Source: Candidatus Bathyarchaeia archaeon (GTDB taxonomy: Archaea; Thermoproteota; Bathyarchaeia; Bathyarchaeales; Bathycorpusculaceae). Taken from it: a stretch of 64,000 bases of DNA. The stretch lies in NCBI GenBank assembly GCA_050012255.1, contig JBEKHN010000003.1, positions 64,001 to 128,000 on the forward strand, given 5' to 3'. The notes under the pieces were generated by a model. The model was given only the letters and a program-made list of their open reading frames with translations, was not told the origin of the DNA and made no database searches. The translations under genes and the position numbers were made by a program. This document shows, in pieces, positions 37,482-46,623 of this stretch (position 1 is the first letter of the stretch; each line of letters starts with the position of its first letter).

Positions 37482-38412
37482 CCTTTCCAATTCTTGTTAT
37501 GAGTGCGCTCACCATCAACGGCAAGATCAGGGAAGCGTCGCCTTCGATCATCGCCTTTTTTGCCTTTTCGCTTATTTTTCCCCACGACACGGCCTCTCGC
37601 GGTCTGGCGCCGGATAGGCTGCCGTCCCATTCATCAGCGGTGCTGATGTACACCGCGTAGTCTAGACCACCTTTGAACTGGTTCCACCACAACGTGTGGT
37701 GCTTTGATATTCCACCGCCTACAAGCAAAGCGCCACTTTTCTTCGCTTCAAAAACAATCTCGTTCAACTCTCCAGAGTCCTTTAAAGGGTTAAGTCTGAA
37801 GTCATGGTCCTGTGAGAAAAGCCACGTTTGGTATCCAACGGCTCCGTCTGTGATGCCTGGCACGTAGACGGGTATCTTGTTCTCTGCGGCCCAGTAGAGG
37901 ATGGAGCTCTCATTGCATATGCTCTTTCCTATTTCTCGGCAAAGTTGGCCTGATGAGCATTCTTTGATTCCTTCTTGCCACAAGCTTTGAAGCAGGAGCC
38001 GCATCTTTTCTTCGATTATCATGCCGTAGCTTTCGTTTGGGATGAGAACGTTGCCTAAGCGGTTGATCTCTTCTCCGTGAAGCCTTGCGTCACTCATAAG
38101 AAACGAGCCTCTGTAGTAGCTCTTCCAACACCTCGCGACGTCATGGTCAACGGTTCCACAGGTCGTGACGACAACGTCAACGAGCTTTCTTTTCACAAGC
38201 TCCTTGAGGGCGCCTCTTGTTCCGGTGGCCACTAGGTTTCCTGTGAAGGAAAGGAATTTTACACATTTTTTGTCTTCAACCATCCTTTCCATGATGTTCA
38301 CGCCTACGGCCAACTTTCCGGCTGTGAACCCCCAGGCTTTTTCCATCTGCGAGACAAGCTCGTCAACACTCATTTTTTCAGAGAAAGCGTAGTCTTCAAC
38401 AGCTTCTCTCAA
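37465..38412 (-). CDS. dys: Deoxyhypusine synthase
   Basis: FTGNLVATG, NRLGNV, GGGISKHH, DGSLSGARPREAVSWGK. Confidence 0.93.
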   Translation of the reverse strand: MREAVEDYAFSEKMSVDELVSQMEKAWGFTAGKLAVGVNIMERMVEDKKCVKFLSFTGNLVATGTRGALKELVKRKLVDVVVTTCGTVDHDVARCWKSYYRGSFLMSDARLHGEEINRLGNVLIPNESYGMIIEEKMRLLLQSLWQEGIKECSSGQLCREIGKSICNESSILYWAAENKIPVYVPGITDGAVGYQTWLFSQDHDFRLNPLKDSGELNEIVFEAKKSGALLVGGGISKHHTLWWNQFKGGLDYAVYISTADEWDGSLSGARPREAVSWGKISEKAKKAMIEGDASLILPLMVSALITRIGKARRRR

Positions 38413-38414
38413 AG

Positions 38415-39350
38415 TCAGCTCTTTCCTCCAACAGCTTCGCAGTAGGTCTTGTAGATTATTCCAGCAGCTTCTTTGATGGCTTCTTGCTCTGATTTAGCGA
38501 GCAGGTCCCACAGGTCGGGTCCAAGAGATTTTGCGATTCGTGCTGGCACCGTGACGTAAACCGGTTCAGGCGTCGTCTCAAACTTTGTTGGTCTGGAGTA
38601 GCTTATGACTTTCCCCGTGTTCAGCAGAATTCCCCGGATTATTTCTATGAAAGAGCCTGCTGGGCCGTACCTTGTTCCGCCCAGAAAAGTTATGACCTGT
38701 CGGCTTACCTCTTTCACGTAGTTGTCACAGATTCCTCTGTCAAGCTTCTTTCCCGTTTTCTTCAAATACTCGTCTAATTGTAGCCCGTTGATTTTGACTG
38801 TGCTCCACAGAAGGACTGCTGCTTCTCCGTGTTCGCCGCCCGTGTAGGCTTCAACGGTGCCTATTGGGACTTTCAGTTCTCGGCATAGAATGGTTCTGAA
38901 CCTTGAAGTTTCAAGGTTTGTGCCCGTTCCTATAATGGGCCTTAAGCCTCGTGCGGTTTTGTTGGCCAGAGTGGTCATTGCGTCAACAGGGTTGGTTATC
39001 ACAAAATACCAAGCGTGGGGGTTGTTGTCAACGGTGTCCGCTACTATTTGCTGCACAGCTGCCGCGTTTTTTGCTGCTAGGTCTCTTCTGCTCATTTCTG
39101 GCGTTCTAGGAAACCCAGCAGTTATGACTATTAAGTCTGCATCTTCAACTGACTTGCCGTTTTCGTAGGCGTTGATCTCCAGGTCAAAGCCGTGGCTCGC
39201 GATTGCGTGATGCATCTCTTCTTTCGTCATCTCCGCAACTCTTGGCGCAGTGTCGACGAGTGACAGTTGAGTCACGTATCTTTCGAAGATCAGGGTGAAA
39301 GCTACTTGGCCGCCTACGCGGCCTGTTCCGGCAACTGCAATGTGAACCAT
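38415..39350 (-). CDS. mdh: Malate/lactate dehydrogenase (LDH-like MDH)
   Basis: GTGRVG, TAGFPRTPEMSRRDL, ITNPVD, GEHG. Confidence 0.85.
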   Translation of the reverse strand: MVHIAVAGTGRVGGQVAFTLIFERYVTQLSLVDTAPRVAEMTKEEMHHAIASHGFDLEINAYENGKSVEDADLIVITAGFPRTPEMSRRDLAAKNAAAVQQIVADTVDNNPHAWYFVITNPVDAMTTLANKTARGLRPIIGTGTNLETSRFRTILCRELKVPIGTVEAYTGGEHGEAAVLLWSTVKINGLQLDEYLKKTGKKLDRGICDNYVKEVSRQVITFLGGTRYGPAGSFIEIIRGILLNTGKVISYSRPTKFETTPEPVYVTVPARIAKSLGPDLWDLLAKSEQEAIKEAAGIIYKTYCEAVGGKS

Positions 39351-39431
39351 CGTATCACTTCAATGTGCATGTATGTTCAGCTTTTTATAAAACAATCGCG
39401 TCTTGAGTGAACGCTTTGATGGAAACGAGGG

Positions 39432-40310
39432 CTAGTCAACTAGATAGTCTATGATTTTTCCGTACAGGTCCTTGTTTCTGCAGTCTTCGTAGCCGGCGTA
39501 GATGCTCGGGTTGTCGTTAACCTCAACTACCACGTATTTGCTATCAGCTTCTTTGATGTCTACCCCGTAGAGTCCGTGTCCGATCACTTCGCAAGCCTTC
39601 AAAGCCAGTTCCTTAAGCGCTGGAGGTGCGTTTTCTCTTCTAAGCGAGAACGTCCTGCCCCACACAAAGGTTGGCTTTCCTCTGCGTTTGGCACCATGCT
39701 TCCATCTGCCCTTAGGCATCATGTACTTGCACACGTACAGGACTTCGCGATTCAGGACTCCGACTCTCCAATCGAAAGAGGTTGGCATGAACGTTTGGAC
39801 GGCGAGAAGGTCGGATTTTCTGAAGAATCTTCTGGCCACGTCGCGGAAACTTGTTTCGCAGGCAACTTTTTCCACGTATCTTGAGAAGCTCGTGTATGGC
39901 GCTTTTACGACTACTGGTTTTCCAAGGTTTTCAAAGATCTCCAAGAACCGTTTGTGATGCATCTCATTCTTGTTCAGGAAGAGTGTTGGGATGGTTGGTA
40001 TGTTGTGCTTTTCGAAAAGGTCGTACAGGTGGATTTTGTTCCCGCAGATCTGTATCGATTCAGGGTCGTCAACCACCTTCAGACCCAGCTCCCACGCTGT
40101 TTTCGAAACCACGTAGGCCGTGAAAAGAGGGTCCGTCGTCGCCCTTATGAAAACCGCGTCGTACTTCGGTATTTCCGAGATGCCTTCTCTGAACATGAAG
40201 TCGAACGCGTGCCCCTTTTCCTCTGCGGTGCGCTTGAAATTTTCTAGGGCCCGTGTTTCCCTCAGATCAGAAAAGTTGTATTTCTCGACGAAACAGGCTA
40301 TCCTAGCCAA
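39432..40310 (-). CDS. RimK-family ATP-grasp peptide ligase
   Basis: FIRATT, VVDDP.SI..C.NK, SFS..VEK, FDWRVGVL, GLYGVDIK, EVNDNPSI. Confidence 0.92.
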   Translation of the reverse strand: MARIACFVEKYNFSDLRETRALENFKRTAEEKGHAFDFMFREGISEIPKYDAVFIRATTDPLFTAYVVSKTAWELGLKVVDDPESIQICGNKIHLYDLFEKHNIPTIPTLFLNKNEMHHKRFLEIFENLGKPVVVKAPYTSFSRYVEKVACETSFRDVARRFFRKSDLLAVQTFMPTSFDWRVGVLNREVLYVCKYMMPKGRWKHGAKRRGKPTFVWGRTFSLRRENAPPALKELALKACEVIGHGLYGVDIKEADSKYVVVEVNDNPSIYAGYEDCRNKDLYGKIIDYLVD

Positions 40311-40995
40311 CTAGGTGTTCACCCTTGTTCGACATCCGAAAAACCTCTGTCGAAACCGTTTCCAAATCAGACGGGAAAATCTCCTCAATTCTTAGAGGCT
40401 GAAGCCCACACAGGTAGGCTTTGCCTTCAATGGTTTGAACGTGAAGTTTGCACATGGGGATCTTGAAAGTTTCATAGATCTTCTCCGAAATCTTTGCAAC
40501 CTCTGCCGTATGCTCACATTTTCCAAAGATAGATTTGAACGAAAGCATCTCACCCTTCAGCGGCTGCACACAAACGGCAAACTTGTAGTTCATGCTTAGA
40601 CTCTTAACGGCCCTGTACAGGGCGCTTCTGTTTCCAGCGGTTTTGTAGCCTTCGTAGGAGAACGGGTTGACCGCGAAGACGACAACTGGAAAAGCGAACT
40701 GAGATGTTATTTGTTTCACAGAACTTGCCATCAAATAGGGCAGAGTAGGAATTCCAGCCTTTGAAGCTTTAAGCAGTAAAATCGGCGTTCTGCTGGCGTC
40801 AATTATGCTTTCCGTTGAAGGAATCACCGGATTGCCCAAAACCTCTGCGTGCATTGACACGTAGTAGCCCGTTTTCAAGTAGCGGTAGTCTGTGTTGAGG
40901 TTGAGAGTAAAATCTTTTATCGACGATTTGAGGAACGCAGATGGCTTCATCGTTGGCAGATCTGTCGTTAGGTCGATGTTAGAGACGACCAGCAC
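40303..40995 (-). CDS. RimK-like ATP-grasp N-terminal (RLAN) domain protein
   Basis: LNLNTDYRYLKTGYYVSMHAEVLGNPVIPS. Confidence 0.85.
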   Translation of the reverse strand: MLVVSNIDLTTDLPTMKPSAFLKSSIKDFTLNLNTDYRYLKTGYYVSMHAEVLGNPVIPSTESIIDASRTPILLLKASKAGIPTLPYLMASSVKQITSQFAFPVVVFAVNPFSYEGYKTAGNRSALYRAVKSLSMNYKFAVCVQPLKGEMLSFKSIFGKCEHTAEVAKISEKIYETFKIPMCKLHVQTIEGKAYLCGLQPLRIEEIFPSDLETVSTEVFRMSNKGEHLVG

Positions 40996-41105
40996 CCATT
41001 TGACACCAGGTAACTGAAAGGTTCCGTATTGCAGCTGCTATATTTAAAACTAACTACTACGTTTATATCAAATTTTGACAAACGACTAAACACAGGCGAA
41101 AACCT

Positions 41106-42296
41106 ACGTACAAAACCCTCGAAGTACTCGGCCCAGAACACGAATTTTCCCTAGTAAATGATGAGCTGAAAGCCTTGCCAATTGTTGACAAGGTGCTCAA
41201 GGATTTTCACGGCCGCGTCGTCAACTTTGTAGAGCAACCGCAGTTCACCTTCGGCAAAGAGCTCCAGCTGCACGTCATGGAAATCAAGCCCAACGAACCT
41301 TTCGCGTCCCCAGCAGAATTTGAGGAAACCATGCAAGAAGCAGTGCAGACACTTCAAGACTTTGTGAACCGCAGGTACGGAGCTCGTCTCCTGGGGACAG
41401 GAATGCATCCTCTGCTAAGGCTCAGTGAGACCGGCGTTTGGCCGCATCGTCACCGCCAAATTTACCAAGCTTACAGCAGAGTCTTCAACCTTAAAAGGCA
41501 CGGGTGGCTGAACATTCAAAGCTACCAGCTGAACCTTCCATACTCGGACGAGAAAGATGGCGTCTTGCTGCACAACTTGCTGGCGACCATTTGCCCCTAC
41601 CTGCCGGCAATAGCGGCGTCTTCGCCGATCTACGAAGGCAAAATTGGGGAAGACGTTGACAACAGGCTTCGTTTCTACAAAGAGAATCAGTCTGAGGTTC
41701 CTTCGATAACAGGGGATGTAGTTCCAGAATACACAGCTTCATTCAGGCAGTACAGGCAAGAGATTATTGACGAATACTCACATGACATGGCTGCAGTGGG
41801 CGTCGACAAACTTCTGCTGGGCAAGGACTGGGTGAATTCGAGAGGTGTGATTTTCCGGTTTGACAGGAGAGCGCTTGAGATTCGTGTTATGGACGAACAG
41901 GAATGCGTTAAGACAGATGTTGCACTAAGCTGTTTTATAAGAGCCGTACTCAGAGGATTGATAGAGAGAAGCGCCGAGCTTCTGCCTCACCAAATCTTAA
42001 GAAATGACTTTGCGTCTGTCGTCGCTGACGGGCTGGGTGCGAAGCTTCAGAACCCGAATGGAAGAACCGCGCGCAAAGTCTCTCTGTCTCTTTTGAAAAT
42101 TGCTTTCGAAAATGCGTCTGAAGAGGAGAAGAAGTACCTGCCAATAATACAGAAAAGGATTACAAAAGGGAACTTGTCAGAAATTGTGCGGGAGAGGATC
42201 CAGGTGAGAGGGCAGAAAACAGACCTCAGGGAAGCAATACTCAATGTTTATTCAAAGCTTGCAGAAAGTCTTATTGACAATCAACCCTACTTCTGA
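41106..42296 (+). CDS. Glutamate--cysteine ligase family 2 (GCS2) carboxylate-amine ligase
   Basis: GPEHEFSLV (upstream of the ORF-track start at 41175), KELQLHVMEIK, GTGMHP, WLNIQS..LNLP, NSRG.I.RF.R..LEIRV.D.QEC. Confidence 0.9.
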   Translation, partial: TYKTLEVLGPEHEFSLVNDELKALPIVDKVLKDFHGRVVNFVEQPQFTFGKELQLHVMEIKPNEPFASPAEFEETMQEAVQTLQDFVNRRYGARLLGTGMHPLLRLSETGVWPHRHRQIYQAYSRVFNLKRHGWLNIQSYQLNLPYSDEKDGVLLHNLLATICPYLPAIAASSPIYEGKIGEDVDNRLRFYKENQSEVPSITGDVVPEYTASFRQYRQEIIDEYSHDMAAVGVDKLLLGKDWVNSRGVIFRFDRRALEIRVMDEQECVKTDVALSCFIRAVLRGLIERSAELLPHQILRNDFASVVADGLGAKLQNPNGRTARKVSLSLLKIAFENASEEEKKYLPIIQKRITKGNLSEIVRERIQVRGQKTDLREAILNVYSKLAESLIDNQPYF

Positions 42297-42317
42297 AAGC
42301 AGCGACGGAGAAACTCT

Positions 42318-42872
42318 ATGTCTTCAAGAACTGGAAACAAGAGGCAGACCGATTTTTTCGATACGTGCAGGCGATGCAGGACCGGTTGGAGCTGTTGCCA
42401 TGACACGACGCCTCCAGTGACAGACAAACGCAGGAAAATCATAGAGGCCTATCTCAGAGCGAACAAGATTGGCATCGAGAAGCCGTTTGTCGAATCAGAA
42501 TACGTTTTTCCACGATTGGCCGCAGATGGGTACTGTGTCTTTCACGATAAGAAGACGAAGAAGTGTCTCATTCATCCTGTGAAACCTGAAACATGCGTCG
42601 CCGGACCGATAACCTTCGACATAAAAGCAGAGGCTTCAAAAATTGAATGGTTCATAAAGATGGATAAGATATGCTCTCTTGCTGGACGCGTGTATGTGGA
42701 CAAGGTTTTACTGCAAAAGCATGTTGACTCAGCGAAGAAAGAGATATCCAAACTTGTTAGCGAGCTTGATTCTGAAGCTCTCAGAGCGATACTGAAGAAG
42801 GAGGAGCCAGAGACTTTCAAGATAGGCGAAGACAATCTAGGAAAGTGCGCGTTGAACAAGCTTGCCTGTTGA
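42318..42872 (+). CDS. YkgJ-family cysteine-cluster protein
   Basis: CRRC...SCC, YCVF, CLIHPVKPETC. Confidence 0.85.
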   Translation: MSSRTGNKRQTDFFDTCRRCRTGWSCCHDTTPPVTDKRRKIIEAYLRANKIGIEKPFVESEYVFPRLAADGYCVFHDKKTKKCLIHPVKPETCVAGPITFDIKAEASKIEWFIKMDKICSLAGRVYVDKVLLQKHVDSAKKEISKLVSELDSEALRAILKKEEPETFKIGEDNLGKCALNKLAC

Positions 42873-42877
42873 TTGGA

Positions 42878-42996
42878 TGGCGGGCCCGAGGGGATTTGAA
42901 CCCCTGTTCTCCGGCTTTCTTCCATCTGTCGTGCCCGGAGGCTTGCGCATCTTTTGTCTTGATTCGACGCCTTAATCCAGACTGGGCTACGGGCCC
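42878..42996 (-). tRNA. tRNA-Arg(CCG) with two introns (29/30: 42943..42964; 37/38: 42917..42934)
   Basis: Removing the 22-nt and 18-nt inserts gives a 79-nt cloverleaf with TCGGC-CT-CCG-GA-GCCGG; GGGCCCG acceptor; CCA encoded. Confidence 0.9.
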
Positions 42997-43042
42997 TCAG
43001 AATACAGTGAAGCGTAGTCGAATTAATTCTTGCTATGTCGGA

Positions 43043-43564
43043 TTACGTTTCGACTAGTTCTTCGTTTATCCACCAGGCCTTCTTTTTCCCAGATTTTTCT
43101 CCAGGATAGTATTCTATTATGTGTTTTCCAAGCTGTTTTCTGGAAGTCTTCTGCATTCTTCTCAGCCTGTTCAAGACGAGCCACCTGTTTGTTTTCAAGT
43201 ATTCTGCCAGTTCAGGCGTGGTGGCGCCCTTGTAATGCAACAAATAATCAACTATTTTGTGGTCTATCTCGTCCAGGGCAAACGTATGAGGGTTCGTTGT
43301 TCCCCGCTCATAGGTAAGCAGTTCTAGATCTGCAAGATATTTTCTGATCTCCGACAAGTCCTTCTCCATCTTGTCTACGCGATTTCTTAGCTCCAAGACT
43401 CTGTCTGGTCTAGGCGTCTTCTGCAGCTTTTCCATTATGGCGTCTCGAATGAAACTGCTGCGGTCTCCTTCTGGCACTCGCAAAAGCATTTCCTCGTAGA
43501 CGTTTTCAGGAATCTTTGCAGAGACAACTTTTAACTCATCCATCCAAGTGCCCTCACTTTTCAA
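43043..43564 (-). CDS. Putative DNA-binding protein (ribbon-helix-helix, coiled coil, winged HTH)
   Basis: VVSAKIPE...RSSFIRDAI; IDHKIVDYL...ATTPELAEYL. Confidence 0.75.
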   Translation of the reverse strand: MKSEGTWMDELKVVSAKIPENVYEEMLLRVPEGDRSSFIRDAIMEKLQKTPRPDRVLELRNRVDKMEKDLSEIRKYLADLELLTYERGTTNPHTFALDEIDHKIVDYLLHYKGATTPELAEYLKTNRWLVLNRLRRMQKTSRKQLGKHIIEYYPGEKSGKKKAWWINEELVET

Positions 43565-43743
43565 CTCTAGGAGTACTGTTTGGTTGATGGTAGCCTTATT
43601 GTTTTTCTCTTCGGAACTTTTTTAGAGCCAACAGGACAAATCTAGAGCGAAAAAGAAGTCCCAGGTGATTCTGCGTGGCTAGGAGGACGACGCTCTCTCA
43701 TAAAATGCGATGTAGGGTCTCTTGCGGGCATCACGTGGTTGAG

Positions 43744-43798
43744 AAACCGCTTTTCAGCATTGCCGAGAAACACCTCAGAGAGGCTGAAGAAGCGGTTT
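43744..43798. other. Strong intergenic hairpin
   Basis: AAACCGCTTTTCAGC ... GCTGAAGAAGCGGTTT (15 bp, one bulge), downstream of the 43823..44371 gene. Confidence 0.5.
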
Positions 43799-43822
43799 AA
43801 GCCAGCCTAGTTCAGCGCGGCC

Positions 43823-44371
43823 CTAAGCACCTCTAACCTTGGCCAACTCTTCACATCGCTTTTTTGCGATCTCGTGGAGTTTCTTCCGAAGGTCTTCCCC
43901 GTTCATCTTCTGCTCTCTGACGAGCAGTGTTTTCCTCGCCAGTTCAACATCGCCCAGATCAGTGAACCAAGCCTCAAAATCTCCACGGTTTATGTGAAAC
44001 TCTATCGAGCCGACATCGATTCTCTGTATCTTTTCACAGAAGTCTCCGAGGCTCGCCGCAAAAACGTTCAAAGGCTTTCCAATGTCTGCGTAGAAGTGGA
44101 ACGATTTTTCCGCGGGTAAATATTTCAAGATTTCAGCCGCTTTTTCCTTGTCAACCTCCGGAATGCCAAGAGTCTTCTTTCCCTTCTCTGTTATGGCATA
44201 GATCCCCTTTTCAGGCGAGGTTACGTATTGCATCTTGGAGAGTCCTATGATGTGCATCATGACCGCAGGAAAATTCACACCCGTGTCTTTGGCTATTTCC
44301 GTCACTTTTTCGGGCTTGTCAAGCATCCACATGGTTTCAAGAATCAAACGTTTAACAGGTGATACACTCAT
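43823..44371 (-). CDS. Winged-HTH fused to DUF5752-like domain
   Basis: YAITEKGK wing; SFHFY..IG..L...A.SL.DF...SIEFHINRGDFEAWF..LGDVELA. Confidence 0.8.
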   Translation of the reverse strand: MSVSPVKRLILETMWMLDKPEKVTEIAKDTGVNFPAVMMHIIGLSKMQYVTSPEKGIYAITEKGKKTLGIPEVDKEKAAEILKYLPAEKSFHFYADIGKPLNVFAASLGDFCEKIQRIDVGSIEFHINRGDFEAWFTDLGDVELARKTLLVREQKMNGEDLRKKLHEIAKKRCEELAKVRGA

Positions 44372-44606
44372 GCTGTTGCACTTTACCTAATTATGTCGCA
44401 CCTACCTAATAGGTTTTTCACAATTCTCCATTTTGGGAATCTGCCTTGAATGACAATTTGATGCTTCTGCTTCTCAGGTTGAGGAGGCTTCTATTCGGGG
44501 CTGGATGGTCGTCACTACGGTCTGAAGTGTATGCTGAGTGAGCAAGGTAAATAAACCATTGTTCAATAACCATTAAGGAATTGTTGGCAGAGTGGACCGG
44601 TGAAAA

Positions 44607-45860
44607 GTGATGAAGCTGTCTGTGCTTGTTTACGAGTACCCTCCGAAGATCGTTGGCGGCTTGGGCACTTACGCGGCTGAGATCACTAGGAAATTTGTCC
44701 TGACAGACAACGATGTTACAGTCTTCACAATGAATGATGATGCTGGCAGTTTACCGACGCGGGAGATATGGCGCGGTATCGAAATTCATCGGCCGCTGCA
44801 CATCGACATCTCTGACTCACTGCCTGACGTAGTCGCAGAGGACATAAAAAAGTGGGGCAGGGGGATACAGTTGTTCTCGAAAATTCTCGTGTACAATTAT
44901 CTGAGTGCTGCAAAACTCGTTAATGAGCTGATAAGGAAAGAAGCCATAAAATTCGACCTCATCGTCGCTCATGACTGGCTTTCTGCTATAGGCGGAATGA
45001 CTGTTAGGAAAGAGGCAGGATTGCCCTTTGCATTCCACGTCCACTCAACAGAGAAAGGAAGAACGCTTGGAAACGGCTCTATCACAGTGAGCAACATCGA
45101 GCTTCATGCGGCAAGATCTGCTGACCTGATCGTGACAGTTTCTTATGCGATGAAGGATGAGCTAATAGGCCTCGGGTTTCCGAAAGAGAAAATCCAAGTT
45201 GCCTATAATGGAGTTGACCCACAGAAATACGATCCGACCGCTGTGACTGCTGAGCAGGTCAAGAAGGTCAGAGCAATGTACGGCATCAAGGATGACGATT
45301 TCATGATTCTCTTCATAGGCAGGCTTGTGGGCGTTAAAGGTGTTGATAAGCTTGTGATGGCGCTGCCGCACATCTTGCAGAAAAACCCGAAGGCGAAACT
45401 CGTAATCGTAGGTCTCGGCGATCTTCAGGAATACTTGGTAAACCTAGTTAAAGCTACGAGGATGAGTGATTACGTAAAGTTCCGTTTTGAGTTTATTCCT
45501 GAGGAGGAGCGCATCCTTCACTATGCAGCCTGTGACGTTGCGGTTTTCCCAAGCTTCTACGAACCTTTCGGAATAGTGGTTCTGGAGGCGATGAGTATGG
45601 AGCGTCCAGTCGTAGTGGGTGCCGCGGGCATCAGTGGGATGCGAGAGATAGTTGTCTGCTGTGGTGAGGAACAGTGTGGTTACCACATAGACCCGAACAA
45701 CCCGTCAGACATCGGTTGGGGCATAAACAGCGTCCTTGAAAGCAGTGAGAAAAGGAAATGGCTTGGAAAAAACGGTAGACGCAGGGTTCTAAGCGAGTTC
45801 ACGTGGGACAAGATAGCCGAGAAAACCTTGGAACTTTATGAGCAGATTCTCAAGCGCTAA
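44607..45860 (+). CDS. GT4 glycosyltransferase (glycogen synthase-like)
   Basis: EYPPKIVGGLG, AHDWL, HSTE.GR, GRL...KG, PSFYEPFGIVVLEAM. Confidence 0.93.
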   Translation: MMKLSVLVYEYPPKIVGGLGTYAAEITRKFVLTDNDVTVFTMNDDAGSLPTREIWRGIEIHRPLHIDISDSLPDVVAEDIKKWGRGIQLFSKILVYNYLSAAKLVNELIRKEAIKFDLIVAHDWLSAIGGMTVRKEAGLPFAFHVHSTEKGRTLGNGSITVSNIELHAARSADLIVTVSYAMKDELIGLGFPKEKIQVAYNGVDPQKYDPTAVTAEQVKKVRAMYGIKDDDFMILFIGRLVGVKGVDKLVMALPHILQKNPKAKLVIVGLGDLQEYLVNLVKATRMSDYVKFRFEFIPEEERILHYAACDVAVFPSFYEPFGIVVLEAMSMERPVVVGAAGISGMREIVVCCGEEQCGYHIDPNNPSDIGWGINSVLESSEKRKWLGKNGRRRVLSEFTWDKIAEKTLELYEQILKR

Positions 45861-45874
45861 GCTTAAGTTCCGCG

Positions 45875-46525
45875 TTGAACGCAGTTTTCGTCGGTGAGGC
45901 GTTGACCGCCAATTTTGTGAGTTCAAGAAAGAAGGTCGCCATAGAAGCTGCTAATCTTCTTTACCACGGAGTTGAGAAAGAGTACAAGCAGGCCAAGTTG
46001 AAGGCCGCAAAAACGTTTGGGCTTCACTTCATGCCGACAAACCTTGAGGTTGCTCTGGAAATTGACAGGATCGCAGAGGAGAATGAGGGGGCTGCCAGAC
46101 AGGAACGATTGGTAAGGATGCGCAAAGAAGCTTTTAGGATCATGAACATTCTGAAGAGGTTCGACCCGCTGTTGGTTGGAAGCGTGTGGCGTGGCACAAT
46201 TCACCATGATAGCGACTTGGACATAATAGTCCATCACGAAGAACCTGGAGAAGTTTTGAAGGCGGTTGAACAAACCGGTTTAAAGATACAACGGGCTGAA
46301 TGGGTCAACGTTACGAAGCGGGGAAAAAAGAAAGGTTCTTTCCACATTCATACAGAGTCTCCGATCAAAGAGCAAGTTGAGATTATTGTTCACAGTCCAG
46401 ACGAAGCCTGTCTCAATGAGAAATGCGAAGTGTACGGCGACGAAATAGTCGGTCTCCGTTTGCGAGAACTTGGGAAAGTTCTTGAAGTAACCCCAACTCG
46501 TAGGTTCGTTCCTCCTGATTATTAG
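45875..46525 (+). CDS. Nucleotidyltransferase-domain protein
   Basis: EYKQAKLKAA; LVGSVWRG...DSDLDI. Confidence 0.82.
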   Translation: MNAVFVGEALTANFVSSRKKVAIEAANLLYHGVEKEYKQAKLKAAKTFGLHFMPTNLEVALEIDRIAEENEGAARQERLVRMRKEAFRIMNILKRFDPLLVGSVWRGTIHHDSDLDIIVHHEEPGEVLKAVEQTGLKIQRAEWVNVTKRGKKKGSFHIHTESPIKEQVEIIVHSPDEACLNEKCEVYGDEIVGLRLRELGKVLEVTPTRRFVPPDY

Positions 46526-46623
46526 AAGCCTATGTCCAAGTGATGACAGGCCAAAAGGACGTTTAAATATTTGCGTTTTCCATAAATGGGTGAAGAAACA
46601 CAGCCAGCTCTGAAGGTGCAACG

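Noticed and set aside
31341-42996. Inverted tRNA-Arg pair as ends of an invertible or mobile segment
   Set aside because: Similarity is explained by tRNA paralogy; the interval holds core genes (argS, dys) and no recombinase
44478-44526. Possible C/D-box sRNA (TTGAGGA...CTGA)
   Set aside because: The C box and internal boxes are degenerate and no rRNA/tRNA target was recognisable
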